From an uncultured Gammaproteobacteria bacterium (GTDB taxonomy: Bacteria; Patescibacteriota; Microgenomatia; UBA12405), in NCBI GenBank assembly GCA_964463925.1, contig CAYXDV010000004.1:79080-118372 (forward strand): a stretch of DNA of 39,293 nt, read 5' to 3'. Numbering within the stretch: the first letter of the stretch is position 1; each line of letters opens with the position of its first letter. The notes beneath the pieces are model-generated. The model did no database searches and was not told where the DNA came from. It worked only from the letters and a program-made list of their open reading frames with translations. Below are positions 37,414-39,293 of the stretch, in pieces. The position numbers and the translations under genes were made by a program.

Positions 37414-37581
37414 ATGGATGTTAAGAAAGCTCGAGAAATACTTGGAAAGGAAAGCAATAAATACGATGACGGCCAAATTCTTGAATTCATCAATACGGCA
37501 AAACTACTCTCAAATATTGCAATTGAAGAAATTCAAAAGATTATAAAGGAGGAATCAAAATGGCTTCTGAAGAAAAAATAA
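37414..37581 (+). CDS. Small helical hypothetical protein (55 aa, not in the ORF track)
   Basis: MDVKKAREILGKESNKYDDGQILEFINTAKLLSNIAIEEIQKIIKEESKWLLKKK. TAGGAT lies 5 nt upstream. Located just upstream of the recombinase. Confidence 0.65.
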   Translation: MDVKKAREILGKESNKYDDGQILEFINTAKLLSNIAIEEIQKIIKEESKWLLKKK

Positions 37582-37664
37582 CAGTTTTGAACTAGCTTGG
37601 AATAAATAACTCATTTATTAAAACATTATAACTCAAGGATAGTAACCAAGCGTTATAATAATCT

Positions 37665-39257
37665 ATGGCTACAACAAAACAAGCAGCTGCTTATCTCCGC
37701 GTTAGTACAGACGGACAAGATACTCGGTCACAAAGAAGCAAAATTGAAGAATATGCACAAGCCAATAACTACATTGTAGAAAAATGGTTTGTTGACGAGG
37801 CACTTTCTGGAACACTAGACGATAGGCCAGCTTTACTAGAACTTAAGGAATGGGTCCCAAATAATACAGGCAAGTCAATCCTTATGGTCGGTATCGATAG
37901 ATTGGCTCGAGACTTTACTATTTATGCCGATTTTTCAAAATTATTTCTCGATCATCAAGTTGATGCCGTATATCTTAATTGTCCAAAAATAGGGGAGCCG
38001 AGCATTGATACTTTACTTCAAAACATCCTTGCAGCCTTCGCCGCATATGAAAAAGATGTTATAAGAGACCGACTAAACCGGGGAAAACTATTCAAAATTA
38101 AAAACGGAATAATATCTGCAGGAGGTCCATCATTATTTGGCTACAAATTCCGAACTATTATCCATTCCACAGGTAAAAAAGACAAATTTTACGAAATAAA
38201 TGAACCAGAAGCAGAAATAGTCAGAATAATTTTTAACATGTTATTGTCAGGCAGATACAAAACACAAACCATCGGAAGAGAGTTGACGCGCATTAAAACA
38301 CTAAATAGGTCAGGAACCTGTAGGTGGCCATCAACTAGTATAAGGAGCCTGTTAACTAATACCACTTATATGGGGGAATATCGATATGGAAAGACAAAAA
38401 TGTCAGGAACAGGAAAAAACAGAAAAGAAATACCAAGAGCAATAGAAGAACAAATTAAGGTTAAGGTTCCGGCTATTATCAACCCCAAAGATTTTGAAAA
38501 AGCACAAGTCATTCTTGCTAAACTAGCCAGAGGTGATGGTGGTAGAACTAGTAAAAAACACTCCTATCTGCTTTCTGGATTGATAAAATGTGGCAAATGT
38601 ACTCATTGTTATTCGGGTTACAAAAGAGATTCAAAGAAAATAAAAGATAAATGGTTTTATTATCGATGCAACTCAATAAATAAGTACAACGCCGAAGGAA
38701 AACATGTATCTTGTGGCAATCATTCAATTGGTGGAAATATGGCTGAATCAGCAATTTGGAATGTACTAGTTGAGATATTAACCGACCCTAAAAAAATCCA
38801 TGAAAAACCAGAAAAAAAGAAGAATGAAGAGAGACGCATGGAATTAGCTGGAGAATATGTGGCTGTCAACAAACAGTTAAATGGTTTTGATGAGGAAGAA
38901 AACAGGATAATGAAAGCCTTTGGTAAAGGCCTTTTTACAGAGGAACAAGTGATTAGATATAAAAAGGAACTAAATGATGAAATGATTCTGCTTAACCAGA
39001 AAAGAAAAGAACTAATAGATCAGATGTACATTTACTCAATGGAATTTGCACAGTTAGAACTTGATCCTGTTCCAACAAAAGAAGAACTGCAAAACTATTC
39101 ATACGAAAACAAAGGTTATATGATTCAAAAATACATTTCAGAAATACGAGTCCTTCCCACCAATCCTCAGCAATTAGAGATCACTTTTAACCTGCCAGTT
39201 AAACCAAAGACTGTTATTGTAACAAGTTCCAACTCGCCCCTAAACCAGGAAGAATAA
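37665..39257 (+). CDS. Large serine recombinase (integrase)
   Basis: YLRVS (catalytic Ser14), DRLAR, recombinase domain, zinc ribbon LLSGLIKCGKC...YYRC...SC, coiled coil. The ORF runs across the right junction. Confidence 0.95.
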   Translation: MATTKQAAAYLRVSTDGQDTRSQRSKIEEYAQANNYIVEKWFVDEALSGTLDDRPALLELKEWVPNNTGKSILMVGIDRLARDFTIYADFSKLFLDHQVDAVYLNCPKIGEPSIDTLLQNILAAFAAYEKDVIRDRLNRGKLFKIKNGIISAGGPSLFGYKFRTIIHSTGKKDKFYEINEPEAEIVRIIFNMLLSGRYKTQTIGRELTRIKTLNRSGTCRWPSTSIRSLLTNTTYMGEYRYGKTKMSGTGKNRKEIPRAIEEQIKVKVPAIINPKDFEKAQVILAKLARGDGGRTSKKHSYLLSGLIKCGKCTHCYSGYKRDSKKIKDKWFYYRCNSINKYNAEGKHVSCGNHSIGGNMAESAIWNVLVEILTDPKKIHEKPEKKKNEERRMELAGEYVAVNKQLNGFDEEENRIMKAFGKGLFTEEQVIRYKKELNDEMILLNQKRKELIDQMYIYSMEFAQLELDPVPTKEELQNYSYENKGYMIQKYISEIRVLPTNPQQLEITFNLPVKPKTVIVTSSNSPLNQEE

Positions 39258-39260
39258 CTA
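39217..39260. mobile_element. Right attachment junction
   Basis: Element arm TTGTAACAAGTTCCAA (39217-39232) + CTCGCC, core CC at 39239-39240, then host TAAACCAGGAAGAATAAC. Confidence 0.85.
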
Positions 39261-39293
39261 TTTTGGGTTTAATCGGTACTGCGGTAGGAGATG
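39239..39293 (-). pseudogene. 5' part of the interrupted alpha/beta-hydrolase (continues beyond the window)
   Basis: Minus strand reads SPTAVPIKPKIVILPGLG, a Pro/Thr linker followed by the PG.G oxyanion-region motif that the 28037-29704 fragment lacks. Confidence 0.85.

Larger units (their letters stand above)
29703..39240. mobile_element. About 9.5 kb integrative defence element mobilised by a large serine recombinase
   Basis: Bounded by CC cores whose element-side arms form a 15/16 inverted repeat. Removing it restores the hydrolase ORF. Carries R-M, OLD, XRE and LSR genes; no phage structural, relaxase or Rep gene is recognisable. Confidence 0.88.

Noticed and set aside
1-39293. CRISPR array, rRNA, IS transposase, phage structural genes
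   Set aside because: No regularly spaced repeats or recognisable motifs were seen on either strand.

Overview
Low-GC bacterial chromosome segment read with genetic code 11. Gene content (reduced dcw cluster, alpha2-type GlyRS, DUF4012, many membrane glycosyltransferases) suggests Patescibacteria/CPR, probably Microgenomates; this is an inference. 1-11.5 kb is a surface-glycan locus. 11.5-28.1 kb is housekeeping: recO, glyQS, rsmH-murE-mraY-(two papain-fold proteins)-murG-ftsA-ftsZ, ileS, rodA, rplU-rpmA, parB, lepB, tRNA-Val(CAC). 29.7-39.24 kb is a complete ~9.5 kb integrative element that splits an alpha/beta-hydrolase gene. Both junctions, the CC crossover and the symmetric attP can be rebuilt by hand. 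Its cargo is vsr-dcm-REase, an OLD-family nuclease, an XRE regulator, membrane genes and a large serine recombinase. Top leads: (1) a minimal glycyl T-box riboswitch before glyQS with an ultrashort Stem I and no Stem II; (2) the recombination site lies inside the recombinase ORF, so integration swaps a predicted 55-aa C-terminal tail for 5 aa, while excision restores the host hydrolase; (3) a type II R-M operon followed by an OLD nuclease; (4) a non-canonical GVHH signature in IleRS. All structures were read by eye; no database search or folding program was run.
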